This document shows, piece after piece, positions 52,001 through 64,000 of a stretch of DNA of 64,000 nt. This DNA comes from Tubiluchus corallicola. Lineage: Eukaryota; Animalia; Priapulida. The DNA is taken from NCBI GenBank assembly GCA_030141605.1, contig JAQGDQ010000539.1, forward strand, positions 84,355 through 148,354, in the 5' to 3' direction. Within the stretch, counting starts at the first letter, position 1, and every line of letters begins with the position of its first letter. The translations under genes were made by a program, and so were the position numbers. Under the pieces are notes generated by a model. The model did not search any database, had not been told where the DNA came from, and worked only from the letters and a program-made list of their open reading frames with translations.

Positions 52001-53337
52001 CATGATGAGTATACAACAGTTTATATTTAAGCACGTGGAAGTGTTTCCATGTGTATGTACTGCATGACGCGTGATACATATTCACTCGAACGTGATGGCT
52101 ATCATCTGATATCATCTGATGAACGTGATGGCATATCACGCATTACGCGCACATGGAGTCGTAGCTCAAGTAATTGATACTTGAAGCAATTAAAAGAAAA
52201 ACCAACCGCTGAACAACACTCATTGTATTTCAAGACACAACTAAAATATTGAGATTACCAAACAATATATGCACATAGAATGTGTTGTTTAAAAATGCAA
52301 AAAATTTAAGTCATCCTCATCTCCTGCCAAATAAACTTTGGCACGGGCATGAAAAATGACACTAGTAAAAATAAGTCATTGGATCACTTAGCAACAACTT
52401 TTAAATGCTTACGTAGCTTATTACAGACATTAGGTGACTTTTAGAAAGGCATGCAATTCTGCGAGTATACAGTAGGTATGGTTACTTAGCTTACAGAGTT
52501 CAGTTCAGCTTGTTAAAATAATTATTCTGATACTTTGTCGGGGTTAACTAGCAGAGTTTCGATGTTAGTGCTTTACCTTTGGTAATTATTTTTCAATACA
52601 TAGTAGGCAATGGTTCATCAGAAAGCAAAAAATAGTATTAATGATTTCTCATTTAATGTACTGGACAGTTTATAGTTGATAATAGTAACTGCAGCTGCTC
52701 AAGCATCTAGGTATTGTACTGTAATTAAATGACGCCATCTTTAGTTCAAAACAAAACACACCCAAGAGTGAAATGATCGTTGTAGTGTAAGCCATAGTTA
52801 AGATCAGAGAACCATAGATAACCATTGTTCACTATTAACTAGGATTGGCTTGATAGTGGTGTGATGCTGTGCACGCCTTAGCAGAAAATGGATAAACGCT
52901 TTTCTATAAATGTACAATAAATTAATCCAGTTTAAACTTGTTTAATGTGTACATCGTATACAAAAGAAGCGCCACCTTAAATTGATTTTACTACTTGCAT
53001 ACGGCACTTATCACAATTTATTGCTGAAATCTTTCTAACACATTTTTCAAATATCAAAATAAACTCAACTTCCCAAAAGCCTTGGCTTTTCTTTTAATAC
53101 ATCCTCGGCAATCTAACAATAACATATGCTGCAGCTGCTCAACATTCTAGGGATTACCAATTTTACCAGTCTCTCACTTCCAGCATTCTGACAGGTCAAC
53201 TGACAAAGAGCTCTATTTGAAAAACTGCAAGATATAATCTATTACCTATATGGGTTTGGATATCGATTCCAAAATGCTTGTGCAACTTGGTCCCATGTGT
53301 ACTCAAATATAGATAAGCCTGTCCAAAACTTAGCCAT
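49041..53337 (-). CDS. PRELID1: PRELI domain-containing protein 1, mitochondrial lipid-transfer protein (214 aa, 4 coding exons)
   Basis: Exons 53337-53246 (MAKFWTGLSIFEYTWDQVAQAFWNRYPNPYS), 51774-51561 (KHVLTEDTVFREV...LTKTNHLPKWGER...EESIVDP...TYTRNVGLQSLM), 50430-50275 (TVEERCVY...FGLERFKSNVQKALK) and 49223-49041 (GFHFAL...AKAASEKAKDVAKRKAK...*, LEA-like tail). GT-AG borders, 645 nt total. Confidence 0.95.
49390..49890. mobile_element. hAT (Charlie-like) MITE in the last PRELID1 intron
   Basis: Perfect 16-bp TIR CAGGGGTGTGCAAATT / AATTTGCACACCCCTG; 8-bp TSD ACGTAAAC / ATGTAAAC; GCGGCCCG subterminal motifs. Confidence 0.92.
51978..52156. repeat. Inverted repeat / probable small MITE
   Basis: CCATATGCGCGTAATGTGTGAT pairs with ATCACGCATTACGCGCACATGG. 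Confidence 0.6.
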
Positions 53338-55818
53338 GATTTAAGGCATTTATTGTGATTACTGGCTCTATGCAATCTCACACACACCTAAAGAATAGTG
53401 AAGTTGTATATCAGACAGAGTAAGTACTAACAGTAGTTTGTTTCTATTGAAAATGTGAAAGAACTAAAGTGGGAGAAAGATGTTGTTGTACTTATGTATT
53501 AGCTTAATTTGCTACTAAGAGATATAACAAAATTGTCACAAAGGCAAAAGACAAATAGTAGTTCTAAATAATTAACAACAAAATACATAGACAGGCTACA
53601 TCTTTTCTTTGGCTTGCATGCATGCGTACAACCCAAATAGCTACTTTACGAAGCTACAAAGCCAAACTCCATGCATACTAAAATTGTGCTGGCTGCACGT
53701 GTCGCAGAACTTATTAAAACAAATTTTTTACAAAACAAGTTTTAAAGTCAAACTTGGTCATGCAAGCTGAATCGAAAATGAAATTATGGAGGTTCAGTTT
53801 TTCAAAATGCATTAAAACAATGCTACACTACAAAAATCAAAAAAAATGTTTCAATTAATTTTCTACCTAAAAATTCCAACTTTTATGTATGAGTAAGTAT
53901 ACCTAGCTATAACAGTTATTGAAATCAATCTCTACAAATATTTCAAACTAACAAGTTTTTATAGCGAAAGTCAGTTGCGGTTAAATATATGCATTTATCA
54001 TTATAATTACCTGTACCAGGTGTTTTGAATCAAATAGGTGACTAATTCTATTAACCATGAGTCTAATAAACGACGCCTATATATATATATATATAGTTCA
54101 TATTTATAAATGTTAATTGGTGTTATAAGATACAGAAGTATGAGGTGAGTCCTCTGATTCAGGTTGGTCATAACCTCAACAAATTTGTTTTGATCAACTT
54201 TCAGTAGACTTCAAAGGGAAACCAAGAAGGATAAAATTCTTGAACAATCAATGGTATGGGTTGGATAATTAGTCTTAAAATAACCGTCAACATTATCACC
54301 ATTATTATTGATACATAAACATATTATTACGTTCCTAATAAACAATACAATTTTTGCACAATAATCAAACTTTAATTTACAAAGCTGTTGTGTTAATATC
54401 GATCGATTTAATCTATCTTTAAACTCTTGACAGCTCATTTTCAATGCTACGCTCCCAGACGAGCACGAGACTCATACACTGTCTGGCACAGCATGTTGTT
54501 TCTATTAAATTTCAGTTGAGGGCTGGGCTGGACACAAGTAAAAAATACTAATTGTGTAATAAGTTAATTTACCTTAACAAGTGTAACACTTAACAAATAA
54601 GTGTTAAGCTTCAGACTAAGTTTAATTTTGCGGCTCAGGCAGATAGTAAAAAAATTAATAATTTCTTGGAACAAGTAATAGCCTAACACAGCAGGCTAAT
54701 ATAACGTACTCATTGAGCCAATCCACCACAGCGATTAATCGATTGCTCGGCGAAAACTGACATGTTGATAGTGACCGAGTGCTATAAATTCTAAGCATTC
54801 TCTAATTGACTAGTTCTAACGAATCTTAATTCTCTTTCTGCGTTATCCCGAATACGAAATTTTTCACCGTCATCAAACAATGAAAAATTATTTCAATACG
54901 GTGACGTAACGGCATTTAATATTTCATGGCTTAATATTAGTTTTTTTGTTATTTACTTGGACTCCAGCTGCAAGACTCGAGGAACATTACAATCATAATG
55001 CATTGTTTATCAATTCACTATAGCCAACACAGCTAAATTTTTATGCCTACCGAGAAGGAGTCTGCGGTCACATGAGTTAATAAGTTTAATGATGCGAACT
55101 GTAATTAATTTTTATTGTTACAAATTATCACCTAAGCCACTCGTCATCTACCATATTACCGTACTGGAGAATGGCATGGAAAAGTGGTTACATGTGGCGC
55201 CATCAACCAGAAGAAAAACTAAAATGAGGGCACTCAAAAGAGGTTCATATCCACGCCCTGACTGAAGTCACTACGGGTCGAAATATATTGGAGTTTTTGA
55301 GTTAGATAATTAATGTGGAATTTTTGTAAGTTAGGGTAACTAAATGTTAGGTAATGTGCTGTGTCCACGTTTTATCATGCTTTCATAGTTTATACATTCT
55401 TGTGATTATTTAAAAAAAATTTTTATAAAAGACTAAATTAAAAATAAATAAAGATGGTAGTTCAAACTATGGTAAAGTGGACGATTGACGTCATGGAAAC
55501 TACTAAGAGTAAGAGCAAGAATTTATTGTTTACTTGGTCGCTAAAAAATAGTGACATGCGACTATTGTTTCCATAACCTAAGATGCTAGTTACAGTAAAA
55601 TACAGACGATAAGACAATAATTTAAATAGCAGTTACAATAGTCTACAGGGCATTAAACGAGTAAAAAATCGAACTTAAGATTAGACATTCGCATAAGTCA
55701 TATAATTATAATATGACTGTTGACATAACAGTTTATACAATTTCATTGATATGAGATAAAAGTTCGGAAATCAGTTTACTTTTTTTTACAATAATAAAAT
55801 AATTATTTATTAGATCTG

Positions 55819-55969
55819 ACAAATAACAATGAGATGCGACAAGAATTTGAATTGATCATAAATACGTGTATACACAAATACAGTACACTATACACACTAT
55901 AAAAAGAAATGCGCGTATATATACGTATTCATGATCAACTCATTCTTACAGCGTCTGATTGTTATTTGT
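55819..55969. repeat. Foldback inverted repeat (arms about 55-60 bp, possibly longer)
   Basis: ACAAATAACAATGAGATGCGACAAGAAT...TTGATCATAAATACGT pairs with ACGTATTCATGATCAA...ATTCTTACAGCGTCTGATTGTTATTTGT. Confidence 0.7.
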
Positions 55970-56994
55970 AATTGCTTAACTTGGCCTTTTCTTTTTACTG
56001 TTGATTGTCATAAACGACTTCTTATTTCCTAATAACTTATATACATGACTGTATAAAATTTACTCTGAGGTGCAAGTTTTAGTATTTAACTTACGTACAC
56101 AATTGCACGAAATTACTCTTAGTAAGTCTTTCACTATTCAATAACTAGCATATTTAGACGTGATCACTTTTCCATATCATACAACACTGTTCGTCGGGTA
56201 AATAATACTTTGGATGACTGTGATGTTCGCGCACAGGCTAAGAGGAATAATAATAGTACAGTTCTTTTTAGAGTAATTTGGTTCATCATTTTTGGGGTCA
56301 AACTAAATATATTAGTGACCGCTATTCATAATGGTCACTGATTCAACGGCATAATGTGTTTACGCGCCACCAGATAGCACCAGTTAGCGATTTATGTGAA
56401 GCCAAAAAGAACAGAAGCCAGAACGAAAGCACCAAAATTCAGAGAAAAATCTAATGGGCATGCGTAACTGTGACTTCGTTGAACACGCGTTATTACTGAG
56501 AGAGATAGAGAACACAGAATATGTAGAACCATTGCTGCATTGACTACCGTTTCTGAATATTTTCTACTGACTAAACAATTGACATAACAGTTAGAAACTG
56601 CGCAACAATATCATTTTGCACTAACACTTTGAACCAACATTGTAACTGAATGAAAATTTGCAGTTTATGAACCAAACACGCAGTTGAAAAGTATAAAGTT
56701 TGTTATTTGTGATGTTTTTGTGTTGTGGACCGGTGAAAGGTCATGCGCTTCAGATGAAATGTTTACATTTGAAGCTCGTGTAAAGAAGATATTGCGTGTA
56801 CACAACGTAAAATAGGTGATGTCACGTGACAGATATAAATGTAAGTTATCTCATATTTTGTGAAATTCTTTAACATTTTTGGTTATGATCGAACTAGCTA
56901 CATAGGTCTTATTAAGACTGGAATTGCTTGTTCATCTTTTTATTGATTTCGTGTAAGTAGCTATACAAAATTATCAGCCCATCTAAAGTGCAAA

Positions 56995-57350
56995 AATGAA
57001 AGAAAAGAGAAAGAAAGAAAAAACAAAGAAAGAAAAGAAGGAAGGAAAGAAGCAAAGAATAAAAACAAACAAAGAAAGAATAAGTGAGTGAGTGAGTGAA
57101 TGAATGAATGAATCAATGAATAATTGAAAAAAACGTTGGGTAGATAAGGAAATAAATGATTAAATTCATGTAAATGAATGCATGAGTGAGTGAATGAATA
57201 AGTAAAAAAATAAATGAGTGATTTAATGAGAGAATGTTAAATAAATAAAACTGTAAAAATCAATTAATGAATAACTAATAATTAACTAATTAATAACCAA
57301 TAACTGAACGAGTGAACAGTAAATAAACAAATAATGAGCAACCGAACAAA
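56995..57350. repeat. Low-complexity (AAAG)n/(GAGT)n/(GAAT)n compound repeat
   Basis: Seen directly. Confidence 0.8.
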
Positions 57351-57358
57351 TGAGCGAG

Positions 57359-58525
57359 TTCTGTTCAAGCTTGATTTACACGGCTTATCATGCATCTGGT
57401 GTGTCATATCTTGTCACACATTCTGTTCAAGCTTGATTTACACAGCTTATCATGCATCTGGTGTGTCATATCTTGTCACACATTCTGTTCAAGCTTGCCA
57501 CCATGCATCTGGTGTGTCATATCTTGTCACACATTCTGTTCAAGCTTGATTTACATGGCTTATCATGCATCTGGTGTGTCATATCTTGTCACACATTCTG
57601 TTCAAGCTTGATTTACATGGCTTACCATGCAGCTGGTGTGTCATATCTTGTCACACATTCTGTTCAAGCTTGATTTACATGGCTTATCATGCATCTGGTG
57701 TGTCATATCTTGTCACACATTCTGTTCACGCTTGATTTACACGACTTATCATGCATCTGGTGTGTCATATCTTGTCACACATTCTGTTCAAGCTTGATTT
57801 ACATGGCTTACCATGCAGCTGGTGTGTCATATCTTGTCACACATTCTGTTCAAGCTTGATTTACATGGCTTACCATGCAGCTGGTGTGTCATGTCTTGTC
57901 ACACATTCTGTTCAAGCTTGATTTACATGGCTTACCATGCAGCTGGTATGTCATGTCTTGTCACACATTTTGTCCAAACGTGATTTACACGGCTTACCAT
58001 GCAGCTGGTGTGTCATATCTTGTCACACATTCTGTTCAAGCTTGATTTACATGGCTTACCATGCAGCTGGTGTGTCATATCTTGTCACACATTCTGTTCA
58101 AGCTTGATTTACATGGCTTACCATGCAACTGGTGTGTAATGTCTTGTCACACATTCTGTTCAAGCTTGCCACCATGCAGCTGGTGTGTCATATCTTGTCA
58201 AACATTCTGTTCAAGCTTGATTTACACGGCTTACCATGCAGCTGGTATGTCATGTCTTGTCACACATTTTGTTGAAGCTTGATTTACACGGTTTACCCTG
58301 CAGCAGACGTGACATGTCCTGTCACACATTCCGTTCAGTTCAAGCTTAATTTACACGGTTTATCATGCAGCTGATATGACCTGTTTTGTCACATGCTCTG
58401 TTCAAGCTTGACTTACGCAGCTTATCGTGCTGCTGATATGACGTGTCTTGCCACATGTTCTGTTCAAGCTTGACTTGGACAATTTATCATGCAGATAGCG
58501 CTAGGTGTCTTGTCACACGTTCTGG
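57359..58525. repeat. 62-bp minisatellite, about 19 units
   Basis: Unit TTCTGTTCAAGCTTGATTTACATGGCTTACCATGCAGCTGGTGTGTCATATCTTGTCACACA repeated head to tail. Two shortened (~50 bp) units; divergence increases toward the right end. Confidence 0.97.
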
Positions 58526-60821
58526 TTTACACTTCTGCAACTCTTGCAAGCACTGTGGACAAGACTAATAAGACTAATGCATTTAATTTGTAATAAGAAT
58601 GGCAGTAATGTAGTGAGCTTTAATTATTGACACTAAATTCGCGTCGATGAGAACGTTGATATTACAAATGTCCTAAGGACTATAAGTTGGCATTCCGGTA
58701 ATGGTCTAGGAGGGTAATTTCGGTGAGGGGATTTGCAGCAATGGTCTGGAGGTTCAAGAGCAAAGCCCTATAAAAATTTGGAAAGTACGCTTCTGAAATG
58801 TCAAGTTTATTAGTATTTTCACCACTTATATCAATTACTCGTATTTTCAATGACAATGGCAGCCACTGCTTCATGAATATTTATTAACATTCAAGTTAGA
58901 AATGGATTAAATAAGGGGTAACATAATTTGAAGCCAGACGCTGAAATTAACGGTCAGCACTTTAAAGTTTTAAATTATTATGTGGGGCCTGAAATTTTTG
59001 TATTATAGGCTGGGGGGGTATCTTCAGCAAAAATCAGTAAAGTCTTATCTTCATAGCAGCGGGTCTGTTTATAAAACAAGCAACGGCAAACCGTGCAGTC
59101 TCAAGTCATATCAGTTCACACATCAGTTCACGTTCATCTGAAAAGTTTTTTATTTTGTATCTCCCTGTTTTTATATCGTAATTTAATGCTTGAGTGATAA
59201 CCTCTGCGTAACTTCTGAGTTTCAATATGATCCAGGTTTACTAGGCCTGACATTTATTTAGCATATTAGAATAATAGAGTAAAATGAGCTTATATCGGAC
59301 AAAGGGCTTCAGGCTTTTATTAAAAATAGCAAAGTAGTACAGACATTGCTTTTCCTCTTCTTAATTAATGAGAAGATAAACTAATTTATGTACTACGTTA
59401 TTTTTAGCCAAAGCGTGAAGTTCGTTGTACTGTAATACCAAGTGTATGACATTAGCCAATTTTATTATACTGTGCAAAAACCATGTACTACAGTTATTTT
59501 CTAAGTTGTTGTCCTTGGCTTCAGATAGACCGCACGAAAGACTGGTTGAAAGTTCTGCTGGTGCCTTTTCGCCGAGATGATTTGTACGCGAGCAAATTTA
59601 TTATATTTTTAAACGGATGACATTGACTTCATTGAACTCGAAATAATACCATCATTTGTGAACAAAATAATCAGTTTCCTGAAATGCTGCCGTACTATTT
59701 AACTTTTTGTGCTGCATGGTTCTGATGACATTTAACCTCATTTGCGGGACTGCTAGAGTTGCCTGATACTGTGCCTCAATTCCTTATTGTTCCGGATACT
59801 TCAAAACTCTAGGCACACTTGCAAGAAAAGAAATCCCTTGACTATAGCGTACAGATGTGTCAAAGGGTAAATATTGCCATTCAAAGCAGGTTTAAAGTAA
59901 TTACTCTAGCTGGACTAATGACGCTAGACAGCAGAGATATAAAATGGTTTTGTCACGACCTATATATACATATATATGTCGCGAGAAATTGTGGGGTTAT
60001 TGGTGGATGAATGTTCGATCTATTAATATTATTATTACCATTAATATGGCAAAAATGGTAGAACTGGGTGAATGTTTTCGTTCTAATTAAATAACATTCT
60101 CTAACAGCAATGGGATTTTTGCCAAACCTAGTTATTTTTATGACGTTAACCAGGAAGTCTCTAAATTTTGTTTGAAACCAAGCATTCCTGGCAGTGACTT
60201 GACAGTGGACACTCAATCTGTCGGTCATTAGAAGACTCTTGTCCAGGCTGTCCTGTTAAATTAATGAACTCTGTTTATTGCCATTGAATGATCGCCCGTT
60301 GATAATATCGGCTGTAGGCCTACTTAATGCAATGATATTATCCTGCCAGAGGGCGACAAAGTCAAAACGCAGCACTCACAGGTGCTGGAAGCAACCGTTG
60401 TAAATCATCACTTTGATTACAACATCACTCACTCTGAAACACGGAAAATTTGAATTTGATAGGTAGATATCGATACTATATAACAAAAAAGCAATAATAA
60501 GATAACATCTTATGTAAGAGAAGCCCCTTTAACGTGTCTGCCCTTATGTTGGATTCTCTCCTCAGGCAATCGACTGATGAAAGCAAATTTTCTCTCAGAA
60601 GCTTCATCAATATAAATTACAGCTCTTTCGGCATCGCTCATTACTCCCACGGTACAAATTGTGTTGACTTTCCGTAAAACGTTTCCAGCATTTCTTATCC
60701 GTAGTGGACTTATGAGCTAAACAAGCTGTTGGCCTAGGATCTCACAATCTATTCAGAATGCACTGGCATATTTTAGCACTTTGACCTTGTGTTTTTCGTA
60801 CGCACACTTTGTGCTTACTTA

Positions 60822-61022
60822 AGTGGCGTTTATGTAGCATCCGGAATGCGTTTACATTATGGAATAGCTCTCGGAATAGCTACGGAATAAAAATCAATAG
60901 GAAATAGCTGCAGAAAAAATAACCCATAACGCAGACCTCACAAGCGAGTGCATTGAAAACAATATAAGCCGATTTTATCTATAACATATACATAACATTC
61001 GGGATGCTACATAAACGCCACT
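60822..61022. mobile_element. Short non-autonomous element, Kolobok-like (TTAA-flanked, AG...CT termini)
   Basis: About 27-bp TIR AGTGGCGTTTATGTAGCATCCsGAATG at both ends. TTAA follows the right end; on the left the TTAA overlaps the first base by one A. Internal GGAATAGCT repeats. Confidence 0.7.
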
Positions 61023-61081
61023 TTAAGCAGCATTTCAAGACCTCAAACAGTTTTATGAGTTTTCTAAGTTAATTGATATAG

Positions 61082-61083
<2 letters not shown>

Positions 61084-61180
<97 letters not shown>

Positions 61181-61194
61181 TTTAGTAGTAGTAA

Positions 61195-61225
<31 letters not shown>

Positions 61226-61300
61226 TGTTGTTGTAGTAGCAGTTGCTGTTGTTGTTGTTGTTCTTGTAGTAATAGTAGTACAGTAATAGCAGTAGCTGCA
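61084..61300. repeat. Compound trinucleotide microsatellite (AAT)n(AGT)n(GTT)n
   Basis: Seen directly; about 30 AAT units followed by AGT and GTT runs. Confidence 0.97.
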
Positions 61301-64000
61301 ATAATGGCAGTGGCAGTAGATTGGCTTATTAAAATCTCTGAAGGAAAATCGATATTCATTGTAGTTTAATTTACCTTAAAAATATCGAAATTGCCACATA
61401 ATATACGCGCGTAGAGTTCCTTGCTTAAAAATGAAAAAGAAACTTGAATCATCCGTGTCTCCCGCCAAACAAACATCGTTGTGGGAATATTTGAAAACAC
61501 TGACGCAAGTTGGTCGGCGTGTTTAATAAAACTTCTGCAATTCACATAAAAATTCCACTATTCTAGCAGATTGAATCTTTGTGTTTAACTTCGTTTATGT
61601 AAAAAAATTTTAGTGTTTATGTAAAACGTTTTAGTCAACGGATAAATTTGCAATACATGTACTTGCAAAGTTGTACATATCTTTAATCAACAAGATTGTA
61701 CCTCAAAATTCGTAAACATAGAATTCTGCGAGGCTGCGTGCGCCGAGCATACATGTGTTGTACAGTTTACTTAGCTTATAGAGCTCAGTTTTAGCTATAA
61801 TGCCTATAATTATTTTGTTACTTCTTTCGGCGTTAACTAGCCGAGTTGGAGATTATTATATTATAATGGGTAACTGGTTTTCGATACATAGTAGGCAGCG
61901 CGATTTACCAAAAAGCAAAAAATGTATTCGTAATCTTTCGTTTTAGGGTAACCGGATGACGCCATTTTTTATTCCGAATTAGCGAAGCTTGAAGTGATCG
62001 CGACATTAAATGGATTTTACTAATTACACGAAGCACTTATCCTCAAATATTAAAATAAGCTCACCTTCCTAAGAGACTTTGGCTTTTGCTACAAAAGAAA
62101 CTGCGTCTACATGAACAATGCCGAGTTTACGCGATATTTAAGTTGTATAAATTTAAGTCTTAAGCTGCGGGTACTTGCACTGTCAGTTAGCCTCAGTGTA
62201 TACTGTAAAACCTGCTAGAAAATTTTGAAAACAGTTGATGGGATATCACAAGCTGTACGTAAAACGCAGAAAATTATTACTGCAAACATAAACATTTTTG
62301 AGCCCAAGACTTCTAATTTTTTCTTACCATTCTATGTTTAGTTTATTAAATTGTGGATAATTATTAAATTATTATGAGTATAACTTGTAATGAACACGAA
62401 ATCGTTAATATTAATTTCGGCGTCGCAAAGTCCTACAGGAAGTGCTTAGTCAGACAATAGTTTCCTTGATGCTACCTGCACTTGCCACATTCACGTTTTC
62501 TTCTTTTCCTAATAACATTAATATTGTTGTGCTATCAGCTAGTGATGTAACGTGTTTATTACTTCATGGGAATGCATTCTTAAGTCTTAAATTCAACTGT
62601 TCAATCTTTCAGTATATGCCGGATTTCATTAATTGCAGCGTTTTTAAACTATATAAAACTAATCCTCCTCATTGACAATGTTTATTTGCTAATATTTTAT
62701 TTTACTTATTAAGCTTTTCATAGTCTATGTTGTACAATCGCGCTTAATTTCCAGTGATGTGACATTATGTCAACTCGTGTTTAATTTCTAATTTAATTCT
62801 GTTTAATTTAATTGCATGTTAGTTATGTGTTGTGGGCATTGTGGAGAGAATCAATGTATCAGTTAACTGAAACTGTCCGATTCAAACCAATGAGCTTTTC
62901 TTAAAATAAAAGAGTTAGTCCTCAAGAGTCAATATTATGTTACACCATCTCATTTTCACCGACTTATTTTGACCTTATAGATACTGTCTCCTGCAAATTA
63001 GGTAATATTTATAAAATACTACTTGAAGAACCAAAAAATAAAAATAAAAAAGGAGATGGATATACCATTTTATACAGGATAATGGAGATATTGAGAGTAC
63101 GAAGTATTCCCTTGGATTCTCTTGCACTCTTGGGCGACGAAATATGACTAGAACGATCTACAGTCCTGCATCCTCGGTAAATAGATTCAGTTAACTACTA
63201 GGTCGCGCTTGGAAGCTATAAGATATAAAGTTACTAACTTGTCATACTAATAAATACAAAGCATATTGTAACAGTGGTATACATAAACTGTTTAGTATAT
63301 TACAATGCCATTCAGTTTGTTTAATATTAGCAGTAGTATCTGCCTCATTAAGATGTAAACGAAGTAATAAGTGCCTTATACTTATATTGGCAAGTTACCT
63401 GTGTTCCCATTTTATAACTCTTTAATCAAATATTTCAAATTTGTTTTTTCCTACCTGACTTCTTACCGTCACTCCTACAAAGTTAACTTCCACAAAATCT
63501 GCAATTCTAAAATTTGTTTACAGTTTTTGTGGTCGCGTTTAATATTCCTTCTGATTCTCCTGCTATATTTTCTACAAGCCTGCTGCAAGATGCTGGTACA
63601 CTGAATTGTTCTGCATTGATTGATGTTGGTTTGTAGCTTGATCGATTAACTGAAGCTGAAATCCTAATCGTGCTGTCAGTTTTGAGTAAAAACTCCGTCA
63701 GAAAGCGTACAAAGACTATCAAAGTTTTTCGTGCGTTTTCGATAAAGAGTACGCCATGCTATCTAATGGAAAATCTGTCTGTAAACGAATCTTTAGCAAT
63801 TGCGGATTTTCTTTCAGTTCAGAATAAGTATCAGAGAAGGTTGTATAATATGTTAATTATTAGCATCTGCGAAACGGATCTAATGGTAGCCAAATAAATA
63901 AATGCATACACCTAAATGATGAAAGGAGTTTCCAGGAAAATAGTAAAAGAAGGAAGAGCAAACAAAAAAGAAGGAAGAAGTTCCGAAAAATATACAAAAG

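Noticed and set aside
57334-58282. His/Cys-rich ORFs
   Set aside because: They are translations of the 62-bp repeat; the unit is not a multiple of 3 and contains stops.
57359-58525. CRISPR-like regular array
   Set aside because: Whole 62-bp units repeat with no unique spacers, there are no cas genes, and the context is an intron-rich animal genome.
58700-59900. Possible Sola-like transposase relic on the minus strand
   Set aside because: Only faint motif resemblance with many disruptions; not supportable without a profile search.
61069-61359. Poly-Leu/Gln ORF
   Set aside because: Artefact of the (AAT)/(AGT)/(GTT) microsatellite.

Overview
AT-rich eukaryotic (animal, most likely invertebrate) genomic DNA with GT-AG introns; nothing prokaryotic is evident. 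Four protein-coding genes could be assembled by hand from splice sites and family motifs. (1) The last three exons of a peptidyl-alpha-hydroxyglycine alpha-amidating lyase (PAL/PAM family, +, ends 7947) that stops right after the propeller, with no transmembrane tail. (2) A complete 9-exon cytosolic-type aspartate aminotransferase GOT1 (+, 20653-35807, 412 aa) ending in the PTS1-like tripeptide PKL. (3) A secreted 571-aa tectonin-type lectin with 12 WGVN blades, i.e. two six-bladed propellers (+, 45077-47800). (4) A convergent PRELID1 (-, 53337-49041, 214 aa). The rest is dominated by decayed mobile DNA: RTE-like, CR1 and L2/Crack-like LINEs (one nested with a 5-bp TSD), a 2A-like/PHD LINE head, 5S rRNA-derived and tRNA-like short elements, Academ-like remnants, hAT-, Kolobok- and pogo-like MITEs, a 62-bp minisatellite and microsatellites. 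I see no clearly novel multi-gene system; the best leads are the double-propeller lectin, possible peroxisomal targeting of GOT1, the soluble PAL and the 2A-like motif. Gene coordinates were counted by eye; repeat boundaries are approximate and TE clade calls rest on remembered motifs, not searches.
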